From assembly GCA_010093815.1 (NCBI GenBank), contig ML996569.1: a stretch of 64,000 nt of DNA. One strand, given 5' to 3'. Below the pieces are notes generated by a model. The model was not told where the DNA came from, did no database searches, and saw only the letters and a list, made by a program, of their open reading frames with translations. How positions within the stretch are numbered: the first letter of the stretch is position 1; each line of letters starts with the position of its first letter. This document shows, in pieces, positions 25,343 through 38,813 of the stretch. This DNA comes from Pseudovirgaria hyperparasitica (Eukaryota). The translations under genes and the position numbers were made by a program.

Positions 25343-27076
25343 ATGTCCTATCCCACAGGACCCAGCACCTGCGATTCCACCACTCCGCTACTCACCCATC
25401 GAGCCATGGACGACAACGCCCCCGCTGCCATCGAAGCAGCGCCCACGCGCATCAGTCGCTCCGCAGAATCGCTCGACAAAGCACCACTCCGCGTCGGCCG
25501 CGAGGAACTCGCAGACAGCACGCCACCGCACGAGAGCTACGAAGGCAGACACCGCTTCGACGCCGACGCAACATGGACCGCAGCCGAGGAGGCGCGCGTA
25601 GTGTGGAAGACGGACCTGCGGCTGCTGACCTGGCTGTGTGTGATGATGTTCGGACTGCAGCTCGATCGTGGCAACTTGTCGAATGCGGTGGCGGATAACC
25701 TGCTCGACGACCTGGGCTTGACGACGGACGACTATAATAACGGCACTACTATCCAGCTGCTGTGCTTCCTGGCGGCTGAGTTCCCGGTGCAGTTTGCGAC
25801 GAAGCGGTATGGGTTTCGGCAGGTGCTGCCTGGGATGATGATGTTGTGGGGGACGGTGTCGTGGGCGCAGGCGTTTATGCATGATCGGACGTCGTTCTAT
25901 CTTGGTCGTGCGTTCATCGGGTTGTGTGAGGGTGGCTTCATCCCGGGTGTGATTCTGTTCGCGAGCTATTTCTACACGTCCAAGGAGCTGTCGATTCGGC
26001 TGGCGGCGTTTTGGTCGTCGCTGAATGTCGCGCGGGTCATTTCGGCGTTGTTGGCGGCGGGCATTCTGCAGATGCGTGGTATCCAGGGGAAACCAGGGTG
26101 GTTTTGGCTGTTTCTGCTCGAGGGCCTTGTCACGGTCGTTATTGCGGGTGTGTCCTTTGTGTATTTGCCTGCTGCGCCTACTTCGACCAAGGGTATCATA
26201 TGGCGTAAGGGGTGGTACACGGAGCGTGAAGAAGTGATTATGGTCAACGTATGTATTTACCCCCTATGACCCCAATATATGACCGTCTCCTGACTGACAC
26301 GCCCTACCCAGCGCATCCTACGCGACGACAGTGCGAAAGGCCTGACAGCCCTGAAGGAACCTGCCACATTCAGAGACATCCGCGCAGCCTGGGCCGATCC
26401 GTCCATGTGGGGCCTCTACTTCATCGGCCTCGTCGCATATATCCCCGCCGGGCCCGTCCAAGGCTATCTTACACTGACGCTCAAACGACTCGGCTTCAGC
26501 ACCTTCAACTCCAACATGCTCACCGTGCCCTCTGCCTTTCTGCAGATCGTCACCATGCTCGGCCTCGCGTACAGCTCCGAGTACTTCAATGAACGCACCC
26601 TGCACTGCGTCGTCGGCGAGTTCTGGATCATGCCGCTGCTCATCGCCCTGCTCCGCCTGCCCGATGGCGGTCATGAATGGGCGCGCTTCTCGCTCATCAC
26701 CCTCGTATCCGGATATCCGTATTTTCACCCGATTGTGTCGTCGTGGATCTCCGCGAATACGTTCGACGTCAAGAAGCGCGCTATCACAGCTGCGACGTAC
26801 AACGTGATTGTGCAAGTGGGCTCGCTGATCAGCTCGCAGATCTACCGCAAGTGGGATGCCCCGTACTACAAGACGGGCAACACGGTGCTGGTGTCCATTT
26901 GCGCTCTGTCGGTCGTCTCGTTTGTCGTGCAGCGCCAGGTCTTGGTCTATCTGAATGCGCGAAAGGAGAAGGCGTGGGCGGCGATGAGCGTCGAGGAACA
27001 GGTTGTGTATCAATCGGATGTGTTGGCGCGTGAGAGGGATGGGAATAGGAGGTTGGACTTTCGGTTCGAGCTGTAG
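25343..27076 (+). CDS. MFS transporter, anion:cation symporter (allantoate permease/Dal5-like) family, 2 exons
   Basis: KTDLRLL..QLDRGNLSNA, RAFIGLCEGGFIPG, GWFWLFLLEG. Intron 26249-26311 gives MVN|RILRDD. Alternative start at 25406. Confidence 0.92.
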
Positions 27077-28811
27077 AGTCACGTGTCTCTTGTGCGTCTG
27101 GACCTGGTGTTTGCTAAATTCCCACCTTTTGTGTCTTGCTCGATTTCCATTGCCCTTGTGTTTGACGGAAGACGACAAAGCTCCGTATCATAGATGCCAT
27201 CCTCACGCGCGATCGCGCAATCTTGGTAGTCTACATCTAGGGCACTCGGTCGAGATGCTCCGGATTTAGCTTGTCCTCCGAACAGATCCAGAGGTGGCAG
27301 AAGCGAGCACGATAGCTGCATATAGATTGGCCCCATGATATGCTACCATCGTCCCAGCTGACAGGCAAAGGCAGAGACTCCGGCATAGTAACAAGTACAG
27401 ATTAGAACGTGGCGTGTGCTGGGATTGGGGTAAAGTAAGGAAGACGGGCTATGGCGACGTGCAGAGACTGGCCTAGTCCACTGGGCGTTTAATCGTCAGC
27501 AGAACTATGTTAGTACAAAGTTGACGTACATATGCTATAGCACCGTCTTCGCCTGACCTGAGAAGAGCCAGACTTGAGGATCTGTGGTTGGGGACTGTCC
27601 GTGAGATATATGTACGGTGGTAGTATCAGGACCACGATAGATTGGTGGGGATTGTTCGCTGCGCGACAGGACGATCGAGAGGAATTACGCGGTTGTGGTT
27701 TTGCGGTTTGTTGATGAGGAACGATACCATAGCGTCATGGTTGAGTGAGTTATTGTGAATGTATCCGTTTTTCGCGGGGGAGATTACATCCTATTCGCGA
27801 TTCTAAGTGGTCTTCCGCGACCGGCGTCAAGGTAAGGGTTGAGGATGTCGAGTTTACATATATGTCTGTCTTGTTGTGACCATTTACCTGATACTGGGCT
27901 TGATGGCATGATATACCTGGCTCGTGTACGCAGTTCTCTTTTCGAAAAGAAAAAAAAATCCGGATGAGATACCGTCTTGAGCTTCGTATTATTGGAGAAC
28001 GCAATTGCTTGAGTACTAGGCACGTCTGTATACACGTTTGAGATCCTACTTAGCGTTGGAAGTACCTTTCGTGGATCAGTTAGCGCATCGTGGTGATTTA
28101 CAGTTCAACTATTTCCGGCGATGGTGATGATGAGGTTTCAGCGTTATCCTACGTTGAGTCTACGACGTGATATCAACTTAAAGCCATGATACTAAACCTG
28201 CATGCTATGGGAGATATACATGCGGGTATGTGAACTATATCGCGGTTCGTACCGGCAACGATAGACGCGTACAATCACTATGCGTCCGCTCAACTCTATT
28301 CTGGCTGGCAGCGCGAATAGGTAGTGCAAGTCGTGAGCGCGAGTTGCGTATCGTCATTTGCGTCCAGTTATATTGAAGGGAGGAGGCAGACGCGTATATA
28401 TGCTTGCTAGACGCGACAGCAGAATGTCTGCCCAAAGCGAACCTTGCAATCCCAGGCACGAAGCAGGTAGATTGAAAGGATTATAATGGGCTGAGTAGTT
28501 CGCTTTTGATCTCGCGGGAATGTGGAAACTCAACGGATGTATCTGAGTACCCAAGGGTATATGGAGATCGTGGTATCATGGAGGAGAAAAGCTGTCGAGC
28601 GGGTGCAGAGATTTTATACGACAGTGCGGATGCCGCTTGTCCGCATTTGCTTAGCGCCGGCGCATGCTGCATGGCCCGTCCCTGCACGTGGAAGGAGAGG
28701 ACTCAGGCATCTATTTATCCTTATTTTGAAGGTGTTGCAACATCTCACCACCTGCTTACGTGCCTCGCCGCTCGTTTGCATCTCTTACCACGGTGTCGCT
28801 CTGAAGATGCC

Positions 28812-30690
28812 ATGGCCAAAGAAAGTGCGCGTCAAGAGCAGCACGCTGCCTCTGATGAGACCCGCGACCTCCTCAATCTTATCGACCACGACAGCGACTC
28901 CGGCGAGAGTGACATTATAGCCCAGACGGCCCGAAAGCGGATAGGAGACAGCACGTCCAGCAGCCCGAATCTCACTCCCTCTTTGACTCCATCGCCCACT
29001 CCATCGCCTGCCAATGGGCATCCCGCCCCGCCTCGACGACAGTCTTCCTTCGCCCAGCCGCGCTCCCACGGTCCCAGGACCCCAAATAGAGTTCGATTCG
29101 ACATATCAGAAGACGACGGCCACGCTGGCGACTGGTTGGAAGAGGAAGACTACATGAATAGGCACACTGGCAGAAGGGGCAGCGGTCGCGGCGAGCAGAG
29201 GCTACCCCTGCTAACGGGGATTGAAGCACCCAGCGTGACGCTTGCGGACGACATAGAATTCAATCCCGAAGACCTGCTGGAGAGCGCAAGACCAAAAAGC
29301 GGCATGAAGAGTGCATTCATGAACATGGCAAACAGTATCATGTAAGCTCGGCCCCTCGATGCTTCGTCCGTCTGCATACGGACAAGAGACATATCTGCGG
29401 CACGGCAAGCTAATTCTACTTCAGAGGCGCGGGAATTATAGGGCAGCCATATGCCTTTCGTCAGGCTGGTCTGGTAACGGGAGTGGTGCTCCTGATTGGA
29501 CTCACCATCATCGTAGACTGGACCATTCGCCTCATTGTCATCAATTCGAAGCTCAGTGGGTCGAACTCTTTCCAGGCGACTGTCCAACACTGCTTTGGAA
29601 AACCCGGACTCATTGCGATCTCAGTAGCACAATGGGCTTTGTATGTGAACAGAATAGTATGACATCAACGTTAGCTGACTGTATGACAGCGCTTTTGGCG
29701 GCATGATAGCCTTTTGCATCATCGTCGGAGACACGATCCCCCATGTGCTGATCGCACTATTTCCTGGCCTCGAAGACATGTCTTTCTTATGGCTCCTTAC
29801 AGATAGAAGAGCCGTCATTGTATTATTCATCCTTGGAATCTCCTATCCCCTTTCCTTGTATAGAGATATTGCTAAGGTCGGTTTCTGTATTTTCCATTTT
29901 TCCACTAGCAAGACCAACTGACATGCAACAGTTAGCGAAAGCAAGCACATTTGCATTGATAAGCATGATCGTCATTATAATAACAGTCGTAACGCAGGGC
30001 TTCCGCGTCCCCTCGGAGTATCGAGGTCAGGTTCGCGGCAGCATTATCATGAACAACGGCGTTTTCCAGGCAATTGGCGTCATTTCCTTTGCATTCGTGT
30101 GCCATCACAACTCACTGCTCATCTACGGCTCGCTCCGGAAACCCACGATCGATCGCTTCTCCCGCGTAACGCACTTTTCCACCACAGTCTCCATGCTCGC
30201 CTGCCTCACCCTGGCCCTATCGGGATACCTAACCTTTGGCGACGCGACACAGGGCAACGTGCTCAACAACTTTCCGCGCGACAACATCATGGTGAATGTG
30301 GCGCGCCTGTGCTTCGGACTCAACATGCTGACGACCCTCCCACTCGAGTGTTTTGTCTGCCGCGAAGTCATGGACAATTACTACTTTCCGGGCGAGAGCT
30401 GGCATCCGAACCGCCATCTGATATTCACCACGAGCCTGGTGGTCAGCGCCATGGGGCTGAGCCTGCTGACGTGCGATTTGGGTAGTGTTTTTGAATTGAT
30501 CGGGGCGACCAGCGCGTGTGCATTGGCATATATCCTGCCGCCGCTGTGTTATATGAAGCTCAGTACGCGGACTTGGAAGACATATGCAGCGGGCGCGTGC
30601 GTGGCGTTTGGGACGGCTGTGCTGGGCATCAGTCTGGTGCAAGCGGTCGTGAAAATCATGAGTGACACCGGGGGGCCGCAGACTTGCTAG
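28812..30690 (+). CDS. AVT2: Vacuolar amino-acid transporter (Aa_trans family, Avt2-like), 4 exons
   Basis: Introns 29342-29424, 29641-29689 and 29877-29931 give SAFMNMANSI|IGAGIIGQPYA..., FQAIGVISFAFVCHHNS and TTLPLECFVCRE. Confidence 0.9.
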
Positions 30691-31408
30691 CGGTGGTGTA
30701 GGGTATGGTGGATGTATGTACAGATATGGTCAATTTATGTGACGCGAATGCGTGTTGACGAATGCGGGTCGGCGTTTGGTGAGCAGTAGATGAAGGTGGA
30801 CAGGATGAAGCACTCTGCTCTCTTGCTCTCTTGCTCTCTTAGGAACATAGCATTTGCAGAGCTTTGCACACGTTCATGTAGACATTCATGTGAAACTTCA
30901 CGTGCGGTAAGAAGTCGTGATTTTGTTGCTCTACTCTGCGGAGATGACGTCGAAGCATAGGGTTGAAGTACTCTTGATCGTATGACCGGTGTGATCTCCG
31001 GACAGACGCGTAACATGCTGGGACGGGACGGGAACTGAGTGAGTGAATGACGATGACGTAGCTGGTATTACGTGCCCCGCAAACCGGATAAAGTTGCAGG
31101 GAGTCAGGGTCTAAACAAAGCTAAGCCTAATATGGGAGAGCACGACGATAACGCAGGAGATAATGAAAGCAGCTGTTGATGCTCGCGCGGTGCACAAGTC
31201 AGAGAGGGAAGTCGCGCCTGGGGAGAGAGACGACTGACGTCATGTTGGCGCCTCAAGCCTCAGGCGGGGAATCCATAGCTGGCATCCCCGACTCGCGCAA
31301 CAGGTTTCTGGCCCAATTCACTTGACGCTCTGACTCCTAATTCGCCTTTTTGTATTCTTGTCTTGTCACCCGATCCCCCGTTACACATAAATAGCGCCGT
31401 CTCCCCTC

Positions 31409-32788
31409 ATGCGCCGTATAAAGCGGACTTCCAACGACCACTCCTCCACTTCCCACCACTCCTCCCTTACTCCTCCTGATTCTCGAGCTTCACTCCATAC
31501 AAAAACACCATCTGTTCCAGGCGCCCGCGCTGCCAGACGATACTCGGACCTCCAATCTATACCCCAAGCCGAGCCTGTGCTTGACTTCAGCGCCACGAAC
31601 AGCACCAGTCACAGCACTTGCCAGCTGACCCCCGAGCCCAACCTCGACGACCTCCCTCACCGCATCGGTCTCCACATCTTCAACCACTTTGGACGACACC
31701 ACAGCTACGCCGTCCCCGTACGCGCAAAGAGCCTCTCACCACCTGCTATCCTAGGAGACTTTTCAGCAGCAGCCCAGCACTCCCTCTCAGCCCCTGTCAG
31801 CGCGCGCTCCACCCCAAGCCCCCTCCTTTATCCGGATACCAACAGCAACACCTCCAAACCGAGTCTATTCAACCGCGTCGTCTCGAATACCTTTGCCCGC
31901 TCAAACACTGACCCCCCGCTCGCCACACCCCGCGCCTTGGAATCCTGCAGATCGCGCTCGTTCGGCAGTAGTACGTCGGTCTGCTACAGCCCAATCACCT
32001 CCATCTCCCGCGCCTCCTCGTACGACCGTCCAGCCCTGATCCTCCGCCTCGGCCGGCCCTCAAATCCGACCCCGTCCTCCGGCTACTCGACCTGGAACAC
32101 CTCGCTCTCGTCGCAATTCTTCGGGCCCGTACCGCAGGACGCACAGCTGCGCAAGGACCGCTTGAAACACTCGTCTGTCCGCAAGCTCGGGAGGTCGCAA
32201 AAGGCTATCCGCAGACAACTGCAGCGTCAGCGCCAGCCGAAGCCGCCACTACCGGAGCCGATCCCGCTGCTCGAGGAGAAGAAGAAGTCGACGAGGAACT
32301 TTGCGAGATTCAAGACTTGCAAGAAGGCTAGACTACCGACTCCGCACGCAGACCGCAAGACACCCACTTCCACACCGACTTCCACTTCCACACCGACTTC
32401 CACTTCCACACCTCAAAGCCTAAGCAAAATGACAACAACAACAACAACAACCCACAAAAAACCCTCCCTCCTCTCCCGCCTCACCGCCTCCACCCCACGC
32501 CGCTCCCCGCGCAACACCGCAAAGCGCACTACACACCACAACCCATCCGGCACATCAACAACCACAACAACCACCACCACGACAAAAACAACAAAGAAGA
32601 AGACCCACGGCACGACTGGAACTGGAACGGCAGTCACACAACACCACCACAAGCGCAAGCCGAGTATGGGCGACAAGGTGTCTGGCGCGCTGACGAAGTT
32701 GAAGGGCAGTGTTACGGGGAAGCCGGGGGTTAAGGCGGCGGGGACGAGGCGGATGCGGGGGACGGATGGGCGGGGGGCGAGGGGGTGA
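31409..32788 (+). CDS. Hypothetical protein; the conserved small basic fungal domain lies in the C-terminal part (possible real start 32429)
   Basis: 459-aa ORF ending HHKRKPSMGDKVSGALTKLKGSVTGKPGVKAAGTRRMRGTDGRG, a block recalled from small ascomycete proteins. The upstream ~340 aa are Ser/Pro-rich and of uncertain coding status. Confidence 0.6.
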   Translation: MRRIKRTSNDHSSTSHHSSLTPPDSRASLHTKTPSVPGARAARRYSDLQSIPQAEPVLDFSATNSTSHSTCQLTPEPNLDDLPHRIGLHIFNHFGRHHSYAVPVRAKSLSPPAILGDFSAAAQHSLSAPVSARSTPSPLLYPDTNSNTSKPSLFNRVVSNTFARSNTDPPLATPRALESCRSRSFGSSTSVCYSPITSISRASSYDRPALILRLGRPSNPTPSSGYSTWNTSLSSQFFGPVPQDAQLRKDRLKHSSVRKLGRSQKAIRRQLQRQRQPKPPLPEPIPLLEEKKKSTRNFARFKTCKKARLPTPHADRKTPTSTPTSTSTPTSTSTPQSLSKMTTTTTTTHKKPSLLSRLTASTPRRSPRNTAKRTTHHNPSGTSTTTTTTTTTKTTKKKTHGTTGTGTAVTQHHHKRKPSMGDKVSGALTKLKGSVTGKPGVKAAGTRRMRGTDGRGARG

Positions 32789-33112
32789 TGTTGGATGTCA
32801 TGAGGTGATTGTGGATGTGGTGAGGTGATTGTGGATGTCATGAGGTGTGGATTTGGGGTGCGTAATTGTGCGGGTGGTTATTTGGGTGGTGGATGGGTGT
32901 GTTGAGGATGAATGGGTGGATGGGTGGATGGTTGATGTGTTTATGACTTGATGATACCACTATTATTCACTGTTTATTGGTTTCTTACACTCGTGTGCTT
33001 GTGTGCTCGTGTGATTGTGTGCGACAGTGCTTCCGTACAGCCATGAAGTGGAAAGGCGCATGGCGGAAAGGGGGATGTGATGTAGTAAGTTAGTAGGTAG
33101 GTAGTAAAAAAA

Positions 33113-33465
33113 ACATCCCATCCATCCCATCCATCCCATCCATCCCATCTTATCCAGTTACATATATCCCAGACTCCAGACTAGATGTATCCATCCATTA
33201 GATATATATCCCAGCCCAGACCGTCTGCTATATCTCTTCTTCCTCATCGCCCTCGGCCTTGCACCGCACGCACGTGTGTACATGCATGAACGTGTGTATA
33301 TGTGTGTACATGTATACATGTATACATATCTATACATCTATACTACCACCACCACACCCACACCCACAACCACCACCACCCTCCCAACTCTCCCTCTCTC
33401 CCTCCCTCATCCCCTCATCCCCACATCTACAACAACAACAACAACAACAACAACAACACCAACAA
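33113..33465. repeat. Microsatellite cluster: (CATCC)n, TA/TG-rich tract, (ACC)n, (ACA)n
   Basis: Read directly in the 3' flank of SWC4. Confidence 0.85.
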
Positions 33466-33481
33466 AAACACCATACAACCC

Positions 33482-35921
33482 TCATTTCCGCGTCCGCTTA
33501 CTGGCCTTACTACTCCTACTCGTCGCACTCAGGACGCTCGCGCTGCGCTTATGTCCTGCTTGTGCAGCCTGTCCTGCCTGTCCTGCCTGCCCTACGCCCT
33601 TATCTACTCCCTGCGCGTGCCCGTGCCCCTGTCCCTGCCGCGCGCTGCTTGAATTCGAGGTCATGTCGAGACCGCCACCACCGCCACCGCCACCATTGCC
33701 AACGACAGAACTAGGCCGCGTGGTGCCCGCCATGTCCGTGTCGCCGTATGCGTCTTCGTCCTGGTCTTCTTCGTCGTCGTCGGAGTTATCGTTATCGTTG
33801 TCTGAATGATTGTTTGGGTTGTGTGAGACGACGTCTGAAGTATCGTCGTCGTCGTCGTCGTCGTCGAGGTCGACGGTGTGATCGTTGTCGTTGTCAGGGT
33901 CGGGGTCAGGATCATTGGACGCGTCAGAGCCCGCGGCGTCGTCCATGTCGGGGAGTTCGCTGTCTTCGGCGAGGGTGCGGTCTTGGTCTTGGTCTTGGGT
34001 GTCATCTTCGTCGTCGTTGTCGTCCTCATCGTCATCGTCATCGTCGTCGTCGCTGCGACTAGATGCGTTGGCGTCGTCTTTGTTCGCGTCTTCATCTTCA
34101 TCGTCCTCGTCCTCCTCGTCATCTTCTTCTTCATCCCCTGCTCCGTCCTCGCCGCCCCTCAACCCTGCACCAGCACCAGCACCCGCACCAACACTAGCAC
34201 CAGCACCAGCACCCGCACTCGCACTACCACCACCATCCCGGATCTCGCTCTCGTCCGCACCCTCAGGCACCTCGCCCTTCTCCCCGGCAACCTCGCGCCG
34301 CCTGGCAGCAAGCATATGGGCGACCGTCTTCATCTCGGCATCCTCCTTCTCGCGGGCCTTGCGGGCCTCGAGCAAGCCGGCGACACGCTGCACCAGCCGC
34401 TCAAAGGCGGCGACGGTGGGGGCGCTGCACATGAGCGTGGTATCCGGGATGCCGAGCTCGGCGAGGGCGGCCAGGAGCTTGTTGGTCTGGGCCTGGGACT
34501 TGGCCTGGCGCAGCTTGGACAGCTTGTCGGAGCGAAAGACGACGCCTGATTGCAGGCGGTCGTGGGTGGAGACGCCGAAGCGGCGCTCTTGGGCGGGGGC
34601 GAGGTGGCGGATTGGCTGGTGGTGTGCGGCGGCGGCGGCGGCGCTGCCTTTTTTGTTCGGGTGGGCGGTCGAGGTTGTTGTTGTTGTCGCTGCCGAGGCG
34701 AGGGAGTCGCGGTGGTTGTTGGGGGCGCCGTTGGGGTTTGTGAGGTCGGAAGTGTTGATGGAGAGGCGGCCGCCGGCAGAGGTGCCCTGGCGTTTCTTGT
34801 TCTTGTCTTGGGCAAAGAGATGCTGGAAGAGGGTGTTGAGGGAGGCAAAGGTCTGGTATTCGCCGGGGGATGCGGTGCTGCGGACGTAGTCGTGCGTGAG
34901 GCGGATGTCGTCGCGTTCGGCTTCGAGACGCTCCATGGATGCGCAGATGCGCTGCAGTTCGACGAGGAGGAACTCCTCTTCGACGACGTCTTCTTTGGTG
35001 CGGGTCAGGAGTGCGGTGGCCAGGGCTTTGCGGTCGGTTTCGGTCTTGATGTTGTAGTTTGAGAGGGTTTCGTGGAGGGAGAATTCAGCCGGGGTCATGG
35101 TGGGTATGGACGTCTTGAGCTTCATGATGACGGCCTGGACGGAATAGAAGCGTGCCTTGAGCTCCTCCATGCTGCGCGTCTTTTTGGGGATTGCAGCGGT
35201 GCCAGAGTCATCGGCAGGCTGCTCCGTCGTGGCGGCGGGCTCAAACTCATATCGATCCCAGATGGCCGGCCATCGATAGCTGTAGTCCTTGACCAGCTCA
35301 AACAGGTAGTCTGTCTCCTCCTTGCTCCAGTCCTCGCTCTGCAGGTGTGCCTCGTACTGCTCGTCCGTGTATTCGGGCACGTCGACCTGGACGTTGTACT
35401 TTGCAAACTCGTAGTCGCTCTGAATCTGGATGGGTCCGTGGATGTCGAGATCCTCCATCATGACGTCGGGTTCGTCCGGGCCAGTCCTGATGATGGGCTG
35501 TTTCCGTCTCCAATGCTGCAATATGAGGCCGTCACGACGGGCCGGGTTGTAGAAGGGAGTCTGCGCCCTACGCCGCCCTGTTAGTTGCTGGGAGAGGCTC
35601 GAGTGAACAGCTTTGCTCGTTACCACTTCTTTGCCGGGCCAGTGTGCCGGCGCGACTTGTACATGTTCTTCTCATCGTAAATCGCAACGGGGGGCGGGCG
35701 CTCGCCCATCAAGGCGACCACCTCACGACTGATTCCAGCTGTTTCGCGACATCCTGTCAGCGAGGTCTTGTCGTGGTCGCGTCTTTGGCAATGGACTTAC
35801 TCATGCGCTTGCCCGTGAGGCCTGGGGCTTTTGGGCGCTTGGGAGCAGGAGGTTTGGGGGCGCCGGTGGTGGTGGTGGAGGGCAGGCCCATGATGTCCTG
35901 CATGTCGCGTCGCGACGCCAT
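33482..35921 (-). CDS. SWC4: SWR1/NuA4 complex subunit Swc4 (Eaf2/DMAP1), 3 exons
   Basis: MASRRDMQDIMGLP start; introns 35739-35800 and 35568-35623; W.QTPFYNPARRDGLILQHW, FAKYNV, SANT domain WSKEETDYLFEL..YSYRWPAIWDRY, RSMEELKARFY. Confidence 0.93.
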
Positions 35922-38813
35922 GGCTGGTGGGAGCGAAGGTGAGGTAAAGAGAGTGAGATTGGAGATGGAGAGGAAGAGGGGCGATGGGTGTGTTGCAGAT
36001 TGAAGATTGAAGATTGAAGATTGCGGAGTTGCGGCGGAGGTGCCAGGGCTTGGCGTGGTTGGGTGTATGCGAATAAACAGTCACGGTGGGTATAGGTCAT
36101 CACGATCATGGAGGAGCACGTGCTGGGACTGGGCATCTGAGGTTCTAGACAAGACGTACGAGCCTGTCCTCTGACAATACATGACCGAGCTCGTTCAGGC
36201 AAGTCGACAGCCAGCAGCCAGTTCGGGTGCTGCAAGAGTGCAAGAGTGCAAGAGTGCATACAGACAGGGGACAGGGATCGGCAAGGTGTCGAGTGTCGAG
36301 TGTCGAGTGCCGTCCAGACATCCATCACAGTATTCAGCAGCGCAGTATAAAAAGCAAGTCATAAAGAACAAAGAATGACATGTCGACGAGAAGATGACGA
36401 GTATTGAGCAGGGCTCAGTGTGGCACGAGTGAGTGCAGTCATCAGCCAGCAGCGATACGAGACTGGGATGCATCTCTCCATCCATCTACACTGATGTCAG
36501 GCCGTGTCACGAATACGGTGCGGAGATGCAGATTTGGGTAATTAAATGAATAGGCAGGGTTGTGGGAACGGAGAATTGGGGGGCAGTCCCTCGGACAGCA
36601 AGTGTGCAAGTCAGGTCAAGTTGAGTTGTGGACGCCAGGTCAGTGACAGACAGGCTCAGGTTGTATGGAGGTTCCATGTTCAGTGTGTACAGCCATGTAA
36701 TTAATTAGATGTTTGGGAGAGGATCAAGCTGGAAGGAAGATGGCCAGGAACAGCTAGAGGCAGCTGCAGTCAGTCATCGTAGACGAGCAACTTAGGCCCG
36801 ATCCGAGGCAGACTGCGTGTGTAGGTGATAGGATAAAGGTAAAAAGGTAAAAAAGGTGTATGAGGTGTCGCGTGCGAGATTGCTTGATGCGGCCGAGTCA
36901 ACCACTACAAGGCCTCGGGCATGAATTATTGTTGAATGATGCAATAATTCCTTGTGAAAGTCTATCGGCGCTTGTTTTTTCTTCCTGTCTGCTCAACATC
37001 CACTTCTGGCCCAGAAACAAGTTTGTCGGAGCATGATAGTTTGCAGATCTTGGAGCGATAATAAGTGACGGCTGGATCCGTGTCAGACATGCTGATAATC
37101 AATTGCTTGCGGAAAGTCGGAGTGGTTATTCTTTTTTTGGGGGAGGAGATGCTTGCTCGGATTCGGTTAGGTGGTGGAGTGTGGTGGTGCTTCAACTTCT
37201 CTAGTGCGACGCAGGACGCACGACGCACGACGCACAAGAGGACGACAAGGATGCAACAAGGTGCGTCTGCGTGTACGGGCATGTGCATGGGCTTGCCTTC
37301 TATCATCATGCTATTCCTATTCTTCGATAACGGAAGAGCAGCTCGATTCAGTGGTCGGTGCAAGTCCGCGCGCGCACGCAACGGAGGCCGGTCTGGCTAT
37401 TAGTGGGTCAATCAAATGTATCATGTCTAGAGAGTCCAGATGGACAGTATTTTAGTAGATAGCGTTGAGGGTAGCAGATGGTAGTTAAAAGTGCCGAACG
37501 AAGCGTTGAGGCAAGCGGTGTGCAAAAAGGCATGGATGGGGTAATCAAGCAGACGGCCTATCACGGCGGTCCCATTGTTTTGGAGGGTAGAGAGGGAACT
37601 GGAGTGTCATAGTATCTATCATGGTAGCTGGTTGTAGTAGTAGTAGTAGTAGTAGTAGCAGTAGGAGATGGCCCTAGTGGGTTTCATTAGTCAAGCTCGG
37701 TCTCTCGTTTCGTGTGTTTCCGGCCAGATGCAAAAGACAGATGCAGACATGTGCGCGGCAGTTTCCAGCACGGAATGTAGAGATTAAGGACATTGGATGA
37801 TGGATGAGACAGCCGGAAAAGAAGCAATAGATGGCGCTGGCTGGAGAGAGTTCCGGTGGCTTGTGAGCTTTGTTAGCTTTGGGGGAGGGGGACAGCCAGC
37901 CAGCAGCAGGCCGAGACAGGAAAACACCCCCCACTTTCCAGCATTTTGGCTGGATGTCGTGCCCAACTTTAGCTGCCCTAGAGCTGCATTTGGCTGCATT
38001 TAGCTGCCCATGAACTGCATTTAGCTGCCTCTTTAGCTGCCTCTTAGCTGCCATGGACGCCGCGTGGAAGCGTCAAGACACCGCCAGCCAAGCCGTCATG
38101 CCATCATTCTCTGCCATACACACATCCCACCCGCATACCTTAATACCCACTGCAGTTTGGTTAATTAGTTAGCATGTCCATGTAATACACTGCATGTCCC
38201 AGCAGTAGCAGTAGCAGCAGCAGCACCACCACTCACTCCCGCTACCAAAGAAAGTATACCCAGCAGACAATTCACACAATACATCCTGTACCGTTATTGC
38301 TATTACCTGCCACCACTACCACCACCTACTCTACTCTACGCCGCCTCGTTTACCCGCGGCCTTTTCCTTCCTTCCTACTTACTACCTACCTATCTATTAT
38401 CTACATCCGCCCGTCATGCCACTCTACTCCTCCTCTTCACCACGAGTCCATTGCCTTCATCTCAACTCCACCACCACCACCACCACCACGATACTCAATT
38501 GCTCCCCCTAATTAGCACTTCCTTCGTTTGCTGCTTGATCCACTCCGCCAATCCCCCCGCTAGCCTGTCCCACCCGTTCGCTCGCAATCACGTACATCCA
38601 CCCATCCATACTTGCATATATACCCACCCACCCATACCATCATCCACTCTCCTTTCTCCATACACTCGACTTTGCCTCCAACACCTTTGTGTGTGCCATC
38701 TATCCCATACTTGGCGTCTGTGCTGCTAGTGGTGGTGGTGGGTGGTGGAAGGCTTTTTTTTTCTTTCTCTCGCATGCATTTGAGCTTGCTCTTGTTGCCT
38801 TCTTCACTCGACC

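Noticed and set aside
33661..35584. Long antisense and alternate-frame ORFs over SWC4
   Set aside because: Shadows of GC-rich, low-complexity coding sequence.
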